From: Selaginella moellendorffii
Taxonomy: Eukaryota; Plantae; Lycopodiophyta
Direction of reading: 5' to 3'
Length of the DNA: 64,000 nucleotides
Assembly: GCF_000143415.4 (NCBI RefSeq)
Contig: NW_003314285.1
Location: 1,391,370 to 1,455,369, forward strand
In this document: positions 47,187 through 59,414 of the stretch, piece by piece
Layout of the letters: every line of letters starts with the position of its first letter
Numbering within the stretch: position 1 is the first letter of the stretch
The notes under the pieces: generated by a model
The model's input: only the letters and a program-made list of their open reading frames with translations
Database searches by the model: none
Told to the model about the DNA's origin: nothing
Translations under genes and position numbers: made by a program

Positions 47187-49125
47187 CTGGCGACGGTGAG
47201 AGAAGCTGTGATCGCCTGCTCCAATCTGGATGCTGGCGTGACGGTGTGGGATTTGGCGTCGGGCGTGCCGCTGTCGCACCTCCGATCGTGCGCGGCGCCG
47301 CGCAATGCCTTGGCGTGTGTTGGACACCATTTCCTGGCGGCATCGCAGATCCACAAGACTGCTAACAATGCCGGCGGCACGATCTTCTTCTGGACCTGGC
47401 ACAAGGTGAGTGAGAGCAGGAATCGATCGATTTCTTCTTGCCAAAATCTCGAATTTGATCGGCCGTTTCATTCATTTTCTTTTCCTCTGCGTAGAACCAA
47501 GTGGCTTTCAAGAGCTATCCCGTGGAGCCGATCGAGCCTCTAGCTTGCACTGCCGATGGAGTTTACTTGGCGGGAGGAGGATCGTCGGGAAGAATTTATC
47601 TCTGGGAGGTGAGACTTCTCTTAACTTTGTGATTCACACCATGACACGGGATTCTGGCAAAGGTCTCGAGTGGAAGATTGCTGCGAGTGTGGGCCGGGCA
47701 CTACAAAGCCGTCAAGTGCCTCGTCTTCTCCGACGATGATTCGCTACTCATCTCTGGTGCCGAGGATGGACTCGTCAATGTCTATCCTCTCGTGAGGTAA
47801 GTTTGATCCGATCGATCGAGCTTTTCTCCTTGAAGCTTTCTTCTCATCCTTTCCGGCTTCCTTCCAGGGCCCTGGACAGCATCGAAGAAGCCGGGGAGAC
47901 CCAGGTACCTTACATGCACAAATGGTCGGATCACACACTTCCAGTCACTGGATTGCTGGCCGGCTCTGGTGGTTCTAGCGCGATCATCGTCTCGTGCTCA
48001 CTAGACCACACCTGCAAGGTACGTTTCTTTAGCTCTTCGCAGCAGCGTGTTAGTTTTTCCAGCTTACCGCGAGAGTTTGTATAGATATGGAGCTTGGCTC
48101 TCGGAGCTCTACTCCGGTCGATACTCTTCCCCACTCCCATCAATGCTGTTGCACTTGATCCAGGGGAGTACGCGCTCTACGCCGGTGGAGTCGATGGCAG
48201 GATTTTTATCACGGCTCTAAACTTCGGTGTTCCATCGGGGTCTGGCTTGCATTCCGCGGATGGGCTACTCGGTGCTGACGGGATCGGCCACAGGTTGTGT
48301 GCTTTCTAAAGTTTTGTTGTTCCAATCCACCCGTCCGACTGCTTTTGACTAATCTGGAGTTGTTCTTGATAGAGCAGCCGTGCTATTACTGCTCTAGCAT
48401 TTAGCATGGATGGGGTGTCGCTCGTCTCTGGCTCCGAGGACTGCACTGTCCGGTTGTGGGACACCGTGAGCCGCCAGGTTCTTCGGACGTTTTCTCACAG
48501 CAAAGGTGACCGACCAAAGTTTCTTTTTGTCTCTCCCAACGCAAAAGTTGCTTTGCTTTGCTGGTTTCTTGCAGGTCCTGTGAGCAGCCTTTTGGTGATA
48601 CCACGGCCCTCGTCCCTGCTCAGCTCTACAGATCAGCAAGGCCGTCAAATCAACCGTCGCTTACCAACGCTTCCAGTGGTTCCGTTGAGCAAGTACGTAA
48701 CAGTCGAGTCAGTGGCACAAGACTTCAAGCCTTGGGAAGGCCCCCCGGTTGTCCTTCCGTTAACTTGTCCTGCTGATGACGAGGATGCCGAGGGCTACTC
48801 TCACAGTATGGTCGCCATGGGAAGACAAATAAGAGAACTAGAGGTAAGAAAGAGTTTTTTGCCTGGATGAGAGACCGTTGACGGGTTTTGATGACAGCAA
48901 CAAGGCTCCACGGCAGCGATGCAAATGGAGCTGGAGAGATTGCGATCGGAGCTCCGGCGGGCTCTTAACAATGGCCAGCAGTGGCAGCAATTGCACCAAG
49001 AACTTTACTGTTTCTGCGTGGACGAATTGATGGGTGGGAACCGGGACAGGGAAGACGACGGAGAGAACAAGGAAAGAACCAAGGGAAGAGCCAGCAAGCT
49101 GGGGGACAAGATGCGTGACAAGTAA
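47187..49125 (+). CDS. RID3: WD40 protein ROOT INITIATION DEFECTIVE 3 (WDR18/Ipi3)
   Basis: EAVIACS..DAGVTVWDL, FLAASQ, KSYPVEPI, GGGSSGRIYLWE, HTLPVTG and SGSEDCTVRLWD, with a C-terminal coiled coil. No in-frame ATG at the 5' end. Confidence 0.88.
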
Positions 49126-49169
49126 GCACAGATTTTGAGGAGGTTTAGGAGGTAGTGGATCGACTCAAA

Positions 49170-51685
49170 CTACTGGTGAGAGACACTGCTTGATTAGAAG
49201 TTGTCAATTGTTGCACAGCCTATTATAACCAGACTTTGTGTTAGAGGACGAAGAACTGAGTTGATATATATACGTACTTGCATCGCAGCTAAGCGTCTTG
49301 CCACGCGCTTCTCTTCGTGCTCGCAGCAGCTGACGCGCTCATTGTCGATCACAACATCGGCGCGTATGAAACCGTCCACCTCAGTGCACTGGATGTCGAG
49401 AGCAAGTCTTTGCTCTCTACACAAGGTCTCGAGCTGCTTGACTGGATGGAGCATCACGTTTTCCGGAGTGGCGATTGGTTCTAAGAGCCTTTCATACACC
49501 TGAAGATGAGAGAAGTTACAAGAAAGTATACTCCAAAATATACGACTTACCTTCCAAACGATATTTGGTTCGTATTCCGAGTCGATAAAAATTGAAGCTG
49601 CCAGTGTTTGAATCATGTCTCCAAGCAGCTGAAACAGAGAATAAGCAGACAGGATCATTGGAGGACTTGGCTTACTTTTGGTGAGTTTAGTCTGGAAATG
49701 CCGAAAGTCGAGCATGCTTTCCCCCTTGCAAGCTCTTCGACAAGTGATTCTGCGAACTCGGCAATTTGAGGGACGAAGTGGACCTTCTGAAGATAGACGT
49801 GAAAGCCATGACGAATACTGACACAGGAATAGTGCTCCTTGTTGATCGTTGCCTGCTTTAAGGTGTTGAGGCGACCGGCCGACTGGTCCGGGAATGATCT
49901 GACCAAGTGCCGTGTCACGAGGTAGTCCAGCACTGCATCGCCGAGAAACTCTAGACGCCTGAAAGTGAAGTTGTCGTCATGAAAGCTCAGAGCAACTCGC
50001 AAGACCTGCTTGTTCCTGAACTGATAGCCGAGTTTCTCTTGTAGTTCGTTCAAATCATCGTCTGTTAATGATCCGCAGCCTGTGACTTCGAATCTGTGAT
50101 GATCTTCGGCCCCAGGAGGAAACCGGACTGGTATCTGGAGCCAGTTCGCTGCTGCCATAGCGGCAGCAAGTTCCCCTTCCAGCACGCATGCCCCCAGAAC
50201 GGCTTCTACCACGTCCGCCAGTGTCTTCGTCGAGAGCAGTTGTTCCGGAATCTCTGCCGCTGCTGGTATCATGCCCGGAGATATCCACTTCAGCGGCGAA
50301 AACATCTCCGCAAATACATACCGGTACAGATTCCGAGCTAGTGCCAAACTGGAAAGCGTGCTGTTGCAAACTATATTGTACAGCTCCAGGCCAAGCTCTT
50401 CACTGCCCATCGAAGGCGTCGTCGCGTAGACATACGTTCCAGCGACGATCTTCAGCACGCTGTCTCCTAACAGTTCTAGTGGCTCGTAAGATACATTGAA
50501 ACAGCATGCTCTGGATGTCAAAGCCTCCAACAGCTAAAACCACGTTTCAGTCCTCCAGAAAACAAACTTGCTACGAATTGTACCTTCAAAGCCGAGACCG
50601 GGACGTCCATTGCATCGCGCAGTTCTGCGGCTAGCAGTGCCATCTCAAGCCTGTACATAACAGAAGGAAGCCGAAGAGCGCCTCTATGCAAGCTTCCCGG
50701 TAGTAAAGTTTTCGGAAGTACGCACTCCCTTCTTGAAAAGGTGACGGCTCTTAGCTTTTTCGTTAGTGTAGCATCTGGAAAGAAGAAACTCAGATCAAAT
50801 GGTGATAGATAGTTAGAGTTTCATACCATTGTGTTTCGTGAGATAGCTCAGTGCCCGGTGCGCCCTCACAGCAACAACTTCGTTCGAGTGTTTCGATAGA
50901 ACGACGCACGATTTTCCAGCGCAAAGGATCAAGCTGTCAATCGCGATCTTCTCGTTCGAGGCCTGTGCTTCGGAAGCGATCATCGAGTCAGCGTAATGCA
51001 AACCTGAAGAAGTTGCAGCCGCCATCAAGTTCCAATCCACGGGCAGCTTAAACTCCTCTCTCCTCCATCGCCAAGTCTCTAGCAATGGAACGGCGTAGTA
51101 AAGCTTTGGACCTCTCGGTACTCCGATAGCCTCGCGTCTTGGGAGCGGCCCAGGACGAGATCGAAAAGCCATTTGGTAAATTCTTTGATCTTCACCACCT
51201 GGAATGAAAAGAGATCCAAGTAAGAAACTTCACACAAAGAGAGAGCATACTGTATAGTATACCTCGTCCGAGGGAACCAGCACTTCTCCAATCTCCTCTA
51301 GATGGGCACGGACTATGGAGTTTTCTTGGAGGAGCAATTCCACTACCATCGCTGCCACGGCCGGATCGACTCTGGTGGGTAGAAGGATTGCAAACTCCGT
51401 GGCGTGCCGTTGCAATGGATCCTTGCCTTCCATCACAAGCTCATAGCGTATGGCCACGGCATGGAACAAGATCCTGTCCGACGAATCGTCGACCCTTGGA
51501 CTTGTCTGGACGACACCAGGAATGCCGCGCTCGTAGTGCCGTGGCGATGCAGTGAGCGGCGATTTGCCATCGCTAGGCGGCACAAGGGGATATTTCTTCT
51601 TGCCTGAATCTGGAGCAGCATTGCAATGGGAGATTTCCCCCAATGCCGTGACAAGATCGTCGATCTTCTCCTCCAGGGCCTTCAT
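49170..51685 (-). CDS. Truncated Dicer-like protein: platform, connector, RNase IIIa, RNase IIIb and dsRBD, with no helicase and an eroded PAZ (possible pseudogene)
   Basis: YYAVPL..VDW, LPSVMYRLEMALLA, YEPLELLGDSVL..ADVVEAVLG, RRLEFLGDAVL..GDMIQT and HPVKQLETLC..VARRLAA. Apparent frameshift at about 51108-51170. Confidence 0.82.
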
Positions 51686-52188
51686 CGCTCGCAAGAACGC
51701 GAATTTCCAGCTCCGATCGACTCGGAGAGCGAGAGAAAACCAGAAACCTCGAACAACAGGAGAAGATCCACCGATTCACCTCAGATACCTTCGGCGCTTG
51801 CAATCGCCGCCAAGGACGAGACTTTAGAGCTTGGATCGGCTCCGAGAGGGAAGGAAAGCTGGGCCAGCAACGCGATCGACCTCAAATCTTGCAGCGAGCT
51901 CCATGGAGGGAAAAACAATGCTGAAGAACAACCTAGTGATCCAACGGCTGGGATTAGCCGCGAGGTTTCATGGCTCCATATCCAAAAATTTGTTTCTGTA
52001 GAGACGATCTTTGGCTGCCACTCAAGCCTCTAGATTTAAATACTATGGGAGAGAAACAAAGCCTCCATCTCGAATCTAGAACAAAGCATCTCTGCGACTA
52101 AAAAATATTCTTAGAAAGAACTTTGGCGATGGTAATTTAAGATCATAGAAAGTGAAAAATCACGTTAATTCGCCTATGGTTTGTTTGT

Positions 52189-54328
52189 TTACTCGACCAC
52201 ATTGCGTATGAGTAGCCTGTAAGTGCCGAAGGAGTTCTTACTTTGCCATGCCCAGGGTATAAAAAACGCGCGGTGGAGACGAGGTGAGCTCTCATTGTCC
52301 AGGAACAAGCGTTTAGCCACGACCTGTTAGAAAAATACTCTTAGAGAATCTGGCAAGCGTAAACAAGCACGTACAGTCCATTTGGTTTGATTGTTTCCAC
52401 GATACTCTACGCCCGGTCTGTCTAAGACTAGCTCCACCACAAAGTCACAGGAAGCGTCGCTTTGGAGCTGAGACAGGGATTTCGGAAGAGTGAGAACCTT
52501 CGAAAGAAAATAAGTAGCGAGATGAGATCTAACTTACAAATTGCTTTGGAGAAGCATTGTTATGCCTGTTGAAGTAGTCCGGAGCTGCTTTCGTTCCACC
52601 CAGCCTGCTGTCGAATGGAAACGGCATAAGTCCTCTAAAGCCATCGTCGAGCCATCTCACTTGGTACTTGGCTGACGGCAGAAAGAACGAGGATGGGAAA
52701 CGGTGCCACTCACTGCCAATGCAAACTGCATTGAAACGCAGGAGTTAAAGAGAATTGAAAATGCGAGGCTTGCCTGTGGAATTCTCGGTTGGATTAGTTG
52801 GAAGGTGTGTGTAAATCTGCATCGGTGCCGAGTAACCTTGAAGTAAAGACGTTGTTCGACTATACGATGCCACCAGGATGAAAGATAAGAGCAAAGGCCT
52901 CAGTTTCGTGAACAGACCATGCACGAAGCTCATTTTTCGTGGTACCAGACCTGGAATCCGCTCGATGCTAGCTGCCGCAGCTACGCAAATGAGGGGATAG
53001 ATTGGATAGAGGAACCTGAAAAGAAAAAAAGCTGAGTGAACTAAGATAGAGAGCATAGTTTTGATACCTTTCTTCTTTGTGAGGTTGCAAGGACATGAAT
53101 CCAAACCACAAATACAAAGGTGAGATTACCAGTAGGAGATGCTTGTCGGTACTTCGTCGCACGAAAAGCAGCAAAACAGGTAGCCCGAACGCCAACAACA
53201 ACGCAAGATTGAAATTGTTGAGCCCATTCCGAAGATAAAACAAGGGTCCCTCCACACCGTATAAAATGCTGTCGCCACCTCCCACGACATTGTAGGTGAC
53301 GAGGTTGAGAATAGAAAGCTTCCACTGACCGTAAAATAATCGATCACATAGTGCTGACAGCGCCTGCATAAACAATCAAGTTGAGTTTCCAGGAGAATAT
53401 CCACCAATTTATAAGAGAAAAGAGGAACTTACGATGAGAACGACTGAGGATTTAACACCGGCCATGAAAACCTTGACGGAGCTACCATTCGCCAAAGAGT
53501 ACACTACCACGGGAAGAACCGCAAGGCCCGAGAATGGCCAGCCAACAAGGACCCCCAAGGCAGCCACGGCGACGGCAGCTTCAAACTTATCGGCAAGCAC
53601 AGCCGCTGATGCAAGGCTGATAGCGTACATTGAAAAGGTGCTCGGCAGAAAAGCTGAGAAAGGAGAAAAAAAAACAAGAAAAGTGAGTGAGAACAGCCTG
53701 AGAATTTTTCCTTACTTGTGCTAGCTGTGTAGCAACCACTGGCAAAGCAGAGTAAAACCAAAGTGTATGATGCCATCCTTTTTCCAAACCTTTCGGACAC
53801 GGCTGCCACAAGAGCTCCATCGACGCCCGCAGACACCAAGGCGAATGCCAGTTTAATCAGATAGAAAACTTTCACCTGGAAAAGGAAGATAATTTCAATC
53901 CAAAAGAGAAACTTTCCTACCTTTGCGAGAATGTAAGAAGCTGGAGCTCCAATAACGGCATGAATCAGGATGTAAAGATACGATCGAAGAGCAAACTCCG
54001 AGCTAGTCCAGAGAAACGAAACTCCAATTATTTTAGCGAGAGAACAGACACTCTCTAAAGCTCTCACTCACCTGTACTCCCAAGTTTGAAATCCCGACCC
54101 ATAGAGAAGAAAATGCAGCGGCTCCCAGTAATTGAAAACCTCGTCGCAGTCGTGTACGATGTTGGAGCTCGCGCTGAAGTAGCGAGTGATGAAGAGCGCG
54201 GCGAAAGCCGCAGCAAATCCGACATTCTTACTGACCTCCGGAAGATCCTTCTTCTTGGCATCCTCTTCTTCGCTGTTAATCTCCGCTGCCGAGGAGCGAT
54301 CGTGCCTCCGCTGCCGGAGCTCAGCCAT
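52189..54328 (-). CDS. ALG9: Dol-P-Man alpha-1,2-mannosyltransferase ALG9
   Basis: HDCDEVFNYWEPLH..GFQTWEY, EFALRSY, QPHKEERFLYPIYP and CIGSEWHRFPSSFFLP. Confidence 0.95.
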
Positions 54329-54442
54329 GAACCCTAGATAAATCACAAAACCCTAGAATGAATATTCTGCAAATCTTTTCAGGCAAAACATTTGAATTTC
54401 GAATATTCTTTGGGAATCACTCAAGAACCCTAAAACAGAGCT

Positions 54443-55051
54443 CTATTTCCACATCTTGAATATCTTGGGCGGATTTTTGGTGATCGAAGTGACGCCATCA
54501 TAGCCTGAGACGAGAAATTCAAGGAATGAATCGAAGAGAATTCAAGCATTGAACCCACCAAGCGCTGGATCCATGTTTCGATTCTTGAGCTCCCGATATG
54601 TCTGGGCGATGGAGCAGCAGAGGCACCAGCATTCAGTGCAAATATCGTTGCATGGTTCTGGCGGGAGGCCGAATTTGTTACGGATTTTACCGCGATAGAG
54701 GCAACTGTAGAGGCATCCCAATCCGGCCAGGCAGTGGAGCAAGCAAAACACTGTCCCTCCGGTACAGCACGCTGCGGTGAGATCGATCGATCGGTAAATT
54801 CACGCAATCTTGTCATCGATTCTATCCAGGAATCGAAAGAACTTACAAGTGCTTCCTTGATCCAAGACATTGATGTTTCTTCCCACCACAACGCAGGGGC
54901 AGAGGCACGCACAGCAGCCTACATTCGATCGAATCACAAGAGCAAAAAAAATGTGATTGATCCGATCGATGGAAGAAAAAAATCTCTGTTGCTACTCACA
55001 TGAATTAAAATCTTCAAAGCATCCACACAGACCAGTCGTCCATTTTCCCAT
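54443..55051 (-). CDS. PLAC8 family (PCR/CNR/FW2.2-like) Cys-rich membrane protein
   Basis: Four exons: MGKWTTGLCGCFED, CCACLCPCV, YRGKIRNKFGL..C.CCSIAQTYRELK and GYDG...MWK*. Confidence 0.92.
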
Positions 55052-55239
55052 CTTTGTCCCTTCTTCTTTGGGCGTTCTTTCATTGTTTCTTGGCTAAGGT
55101 ATTTAAATGGACCTTCTCTTCCGCGTTGCAAGGCTTGAGGTAATCTCTAGGGCAATTATCGATAGGGCTCTCTTGGCGATGGCGATACGCCGGCGCCAAG
55201 GCGCTGTGGACGCGGCGCCTGCATTCCTTGTCGCAGTCC

Positions 55240-55318
55240 GCCATGGCTCTGTCGATGCCGCCGGATTTGAGCTCCAGCTTGCCATGGCGCTATCGATGCC
55301 GCCGCATTTGAGCTCCAG
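55240..55318 (+). repeat. Two-copy 41-bp tandem repeat
   Basis: gccatggc...gatgccgccg.atttgagctccag at 55240 and 55281. Confidence 0.8.
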
Positions 55319-55652
55319 GTAAGAGAACCCGATATCCTTCTTTTCTTGTTTTGGTTTTCTTTCTTTTGTTGCAGCAAATGCCAAGTGAAAGATAAGTATA
55401 TAAATTGAAACGACCAGATACAATCGCGGTATGTAAGTTGTCTAGAACAAACGACGCGAGCATTCATGGTTTTCTCCGCAGATTTATGCGTAAAATCACG
55501 CTAGTACTCACAACTTCGTCCGTGCTATTGACGAGTTGCTGAAAGATAGAATAGATGCAAGAGAACACTGTTTATAGAAGTATATTTTTCTATCAACTAT
55601 TGACTGGTTGCTGCTGCCAGAAGAATCTCATAGACGAGCGGGTGCTGCCTAC

Positions 55653-56807
55653 CTAGAGATGGAGCTGTTTTAGATTTGGCTCCAGCGAGAACCATTTGTG
55701 AGAGCTGTTGGATCGCAGCGACACTTGCTCGCAGCGTGGAAGCCACATCCAAGAGTTGCGAGGAATGCAATAGACGGCTGCCTGAGGGCAGGTGAGACAC
55801 GAGAAACAGATCAAGTCCTGCTGCGCGGTGCTGCTTATCTGGTCGTAGTTGTGGAAACAGGTTGATACGAACTTTGCACAAATCTCACCAGGCATGGTGT
55901 CCACCTCCGTCCATCGCTTCGGGTTGTTGCCAAGCTTCCAGATTCTCATCTTCTTGGTGATCCCGTGCTGCCCGTGTCCGCCGACCAAGTGAAGCACTCC
56001 TCGCTCACTCGCTACCGGGATGCAGTAAGTCAGTGACTCGGGAAGCGGTGCCTCTGACTTGGTCCATTTGCTCTGCTCCAGGTTGAGAGAGAACAGGAGC
56101 GGAGGATCGGAGCTAGTTGTGAAGTGGATTGTCTCTTCGCCGCAGCAGGCTGTCTCGGATCTGAAGTTGAAGGCCATTCCTGGAGCTTGGATCCTCCTCC
56201 ACGATCCAGCAGCCGAGTCAAACACCTCCGTCACTCGCTCACAGCTGCTCAGGTCGTCCAGGACTCGGGATCCAGCAACGACGACTTTGAAGGTGTTGGA
56301 AGTGGAGCTTTTGGTGGCGAGAAGGGTGATGACGGCTGCTCGGGCCATGTTGGAGGCCTTGAGCGGTGGGAGATCCCTCCAAGAGCTGAGCAGCGGGTTA
56401 CAAACAATGAATTGGCCGGGATGGATGGTCTTGAAGCACAGGAGTCCTCCAGACGAGGCGGCTATGTCCGTGGCATAGGGAGGCAGGAAGGAGAGGGAAA
56501 TGGCGAACCACTTGTTGCTGGATCGATCGAAAGCTCTCAGCACTCTGGCAGCGCTATAGCTGTGACACTTGAACATGAGGATCCAGGGGAGCCTGGACGA
56601 GGGCGATGCTACTCGAGACTGCAGCCCTGCAAAGTTTAGAGACGTGAGAGCCTTGTTCCACTCCTTGGAGACGCATCGCAGCCGGAGCAAGCTCTTGATT
56701 GGGAGGCACGCGAAGATCCGGAGGAGCAAATCGTGTGGGAGGCTACTCCATATCCGAGGGTCGAAGTGAGTGATCCTCCTCCAGCGATCGCTACTGCTGC
56801 TACTCAT
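55653..56807 (-). CDS. F-box/kelch-like protein, intronless
   Basis: IWSSLPHDLLLRIFACLP..LRCVSKEW, ASSGGLLC and VCNPL..W..LP. Confidence 0.92.
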   Translation of the reverse strand: MSSSSSDRWRRITHFDPRIWSSLPHDLLLRIFACLPIKSLLRLRCVSKEWNKALTSLNFAGLQSRVASPSSRLPWILMFKCHSYSAARVLRAFDRSSNKWFAISLSFLPPYATDIAASSGGLLCFKTIHPGQFIVCNPLLSSWRDLPPLKASNMARAAVITLLATKSSTSNTFKVVVAGSRVLDDLSSCERVTEVFDSAAGSWRRIQAPGMAFNFRSETACCGEETIHFTTSSDPPLLFSLNLEQSKWTKSEAPLPESLTYCIPVASERGVLHLVGGHGQHGITKKMRIWKLGNNPKRWTEVDTMPGEICAKFVSTCFHNYDQISSTAQQDLICFSCLTCPQAAVYCIPRNSWMWLPRCEQVSLRSNSSHKWFSLEPNLKQLHL

Positions 56808-57379
56808 TTCTTTTCACCCGTTTCCTTCTCACGAGCTCTCCGACTATATCTACATCAAGAACGACGTGAGATCCACGTAACGAAGAAGGAAAAATTCTCT
56901 TGCGCTTACTCGTTCCAAGCTTCGCTGGAATCTTCGATTGTTAACGATATTCCCCGGAAGGCGCGTCGTTGACTCTTGACTGGTCTAAGTCAAGTGATCC
57001 ACTTTTAGGGCTATCTAAAATTGAATGACAACCGTTAGATGATAGCATATCCGATGGTTTAGTTATCGCTAGGATTTGCAAGAGCGAGGAATGGCCGGCG
57101 CCATTCGGGCACAAGCAGGACGCCAATGAGGAGTTTCTTGCTGGGAAGGTACATTGCTCGTCGCGGTTGGTGTGACCAGGAGGATCTGAATGGAGTTTTG
57201 TGCGTGCGTGAGAGCTAGCGAAGAAGTGGCGGCTATGTTTCCAAGAAGAGCTCTAGTAAAGATCAAGAAGCCTTTACTCACTGCCATCTTCATCAACGAG
57301 CGCTTCATCCAGCCATCGCTCGTGGTTGCTTTTCCAGACGATGTCAGCTTCATTGTTGGCATGCTCTTAATCCAGCACC

Positions 57380-58290
57380 AGCAGCAGCGCGACACTAGTG
57401 TCTTGTCCAACATCTCTTCCCAGGTTCTTCTCTACATCGGGATGGTGGACGCGCCGATTCAAGGCGCGAATGCAGCCCTGGACGGGGATAAGTTTCACGT
57501 CAAGAGTCTCTTCCGAAAGGCCAGTGCTTTGAAGGCCATTGGAGAGTATACTCAAGCCGTGGAGTGCTTCGAGCTGGCTTTGTCACGGTGAGAGGAGGAC
57601 CCTGATGCTCTTAGCAATGCAAGGGATCGATGATGCTCTGGCTGAGTGCCGGCTCTTCCAGGAGCAGAGCGAGACAGGGGGGCCATACGACATCACCAGT
57701 TCTTCTCCGGTGGCTTGAAGCCACAGTTGGCGCCATGCTGACTTTGTCGGTCCTGTGGAGATCAAAGCTAGCAAGCGTGGACGTGGTGGTTTCTTCCTGA
57801 AAGAAGACATGAAGATGGGCCAGGTTCTCGTTGTGAGCAATCCAATTGCGATGCTCTACTTCGCAGGCATAGAAGATGTAAAGGTAGAGGTCGTGAGAGC
57901 TTGCATGGGATCATCCAAGGCACTGGTACAGTTCAACTCACTCGCAGACTGTCTTGACAAAGTGCCAGAGATCCCAGATATGGATATCTTAAAGCCCAAC
58001 GTCTCACATGCCAGCCTAGTCCCTCTTGCCCTGGCTTTCCCAATACATCCTCCAAGAGAAACCAAAATGACCGAATGCTCGACCAATCTTCCAAAGGATC
58101 AATCTGATGCAGCTTCTCATTAGGCCAGTGGACTTCTGGGCTTCAAGTCTCTGGCTGCTTAGATGAAAGTTTGTTTACTTAACATCTCTCTTGGAAAGGT
58201 TTGGGTGGCACAAACGGTTGAAGACTTGAGTGTTGAAGAAGAGTTCATGTGGTCTTACTTCTACACTACTACCCTGCTCCACTACTATCA
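57380..58290 (+). pseudogene. TPR + SET-domain (ATXR1/SDG35-like) pseudogene
   Basis: HVKSLFRKASAL..YTQAVECFE (TPR), ADFVGPVEIKASKRGRGGFF..GQVLVVS (SET N-terminus) and EDLSVEEEFMWSYF, interrupted by stops and frameshifts. Confidence 0.7.
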
Positions 58291-59044
58291 AGAGAGAAAT
58301 GTAAGTACTTGAAAAATAATTTTTAATAATTTAAATATAAAAAGAAAAGGCTCATGAATGGTTAAAGGTTTTTTTTTTAGATCAAATATATGAAGAGATT
58401 TTATTTTGGGATTTACACAAATATGATTTGGCTAGAATTAATGGTGTATACCCTTTTCCTTTTAAGATCATACGACAAAAGTAACCCAATCTAGTGTAAG
58501 ATTAAAAATTGTGAATATACATATGACTGTTGGCCCTACCTTGACTTAGACTTGTTTCACATCAAATACATTCAAGTTCATAGAGGTCATTTTAAAGTTG
58601 ATCTCTACTACTTTGAAGAAGTGTTGCTAGAATAAGTACTACATGGTTCTGGTGCACTAGTTGCCTTGAACTGATGATATCAATCAATAGTCAACAAACT
58701 CAAGTTCAAGAAACTCTCCCAAATTCAATGACCTATTGCGAAGTGTTATACAATACACCATTCAAGGGAATCAATCCTTCCATCGTATGGATCAATTATT
58801 CCATGTGAGAATTTATGCCATTTTCTTTGACTTTAAATTGGAAAAGGGATAATTGTTTTGAGAGAATTTTTAGTGACTATTTTATCCCTTAAAGTTTCAA
58901 AAATCCACGATAATAATATATTTAAATTTTATCTCATAATCACATAGACTCTAATGCTTATTTCATGACAATGGTATTGATAGTTAAGTGGTTTAACAAG
59001 TTGAGGAACTCTTGGTTGAAGGGTTTAATCAATATATTCTAATC

Positions 59045-59190
59045 AATCGCCATATAGTGAAGAAGGATGGCACGATGTGCCTTTAAACAAAGTGATGATA
59101 AAGAACATCTATGCCACAAACTGATGACATGTTGTATTGGCTTGCAAGGTTGATACTTCACCAAGATTGACTTAAGAGTATTATATTTAA
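59045..59190 (+). mobile_element. Degraded Ty3/gypsy reverse-transcriptase fragment
   Basis: Broken frames read VKKDGT, ALNKVMIKN, PQTDDML and YFTKIDLKS, within AT-rich DNA. Confidence 0.7.
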
Positions 59191-59340
59191 GTATTATTAA
59201 AAATTTACTTGAGCAATATATCAATTACTAGTTGTGAATTATTTGACTAAACTATATAATACTAACAAAGAACCCATTTCCACTAGGAAAGTAGCACTTG
59301 CAATTGTAATAATCCAACATTCTCTTTCTTTAATGCGGAA

Positions 59341-59356
59341 TCTCTCTCTCTCTCTC

Positions 59357-59411
<55 letters not shown>
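59341..59411. repeat. Compound (TC)9-(TA)~25 microsatellite
   Basis: Read directly. Confidence 0.95.

Positions 59412-59414
<3 letters not shown>

Noticed and set aside
55107-55390. Small spliced plus-strand ORF with faint ankyrin-like wording
   Set aside because: Too short and degenerate to assign. Only the 41-bp repeat is supportable.
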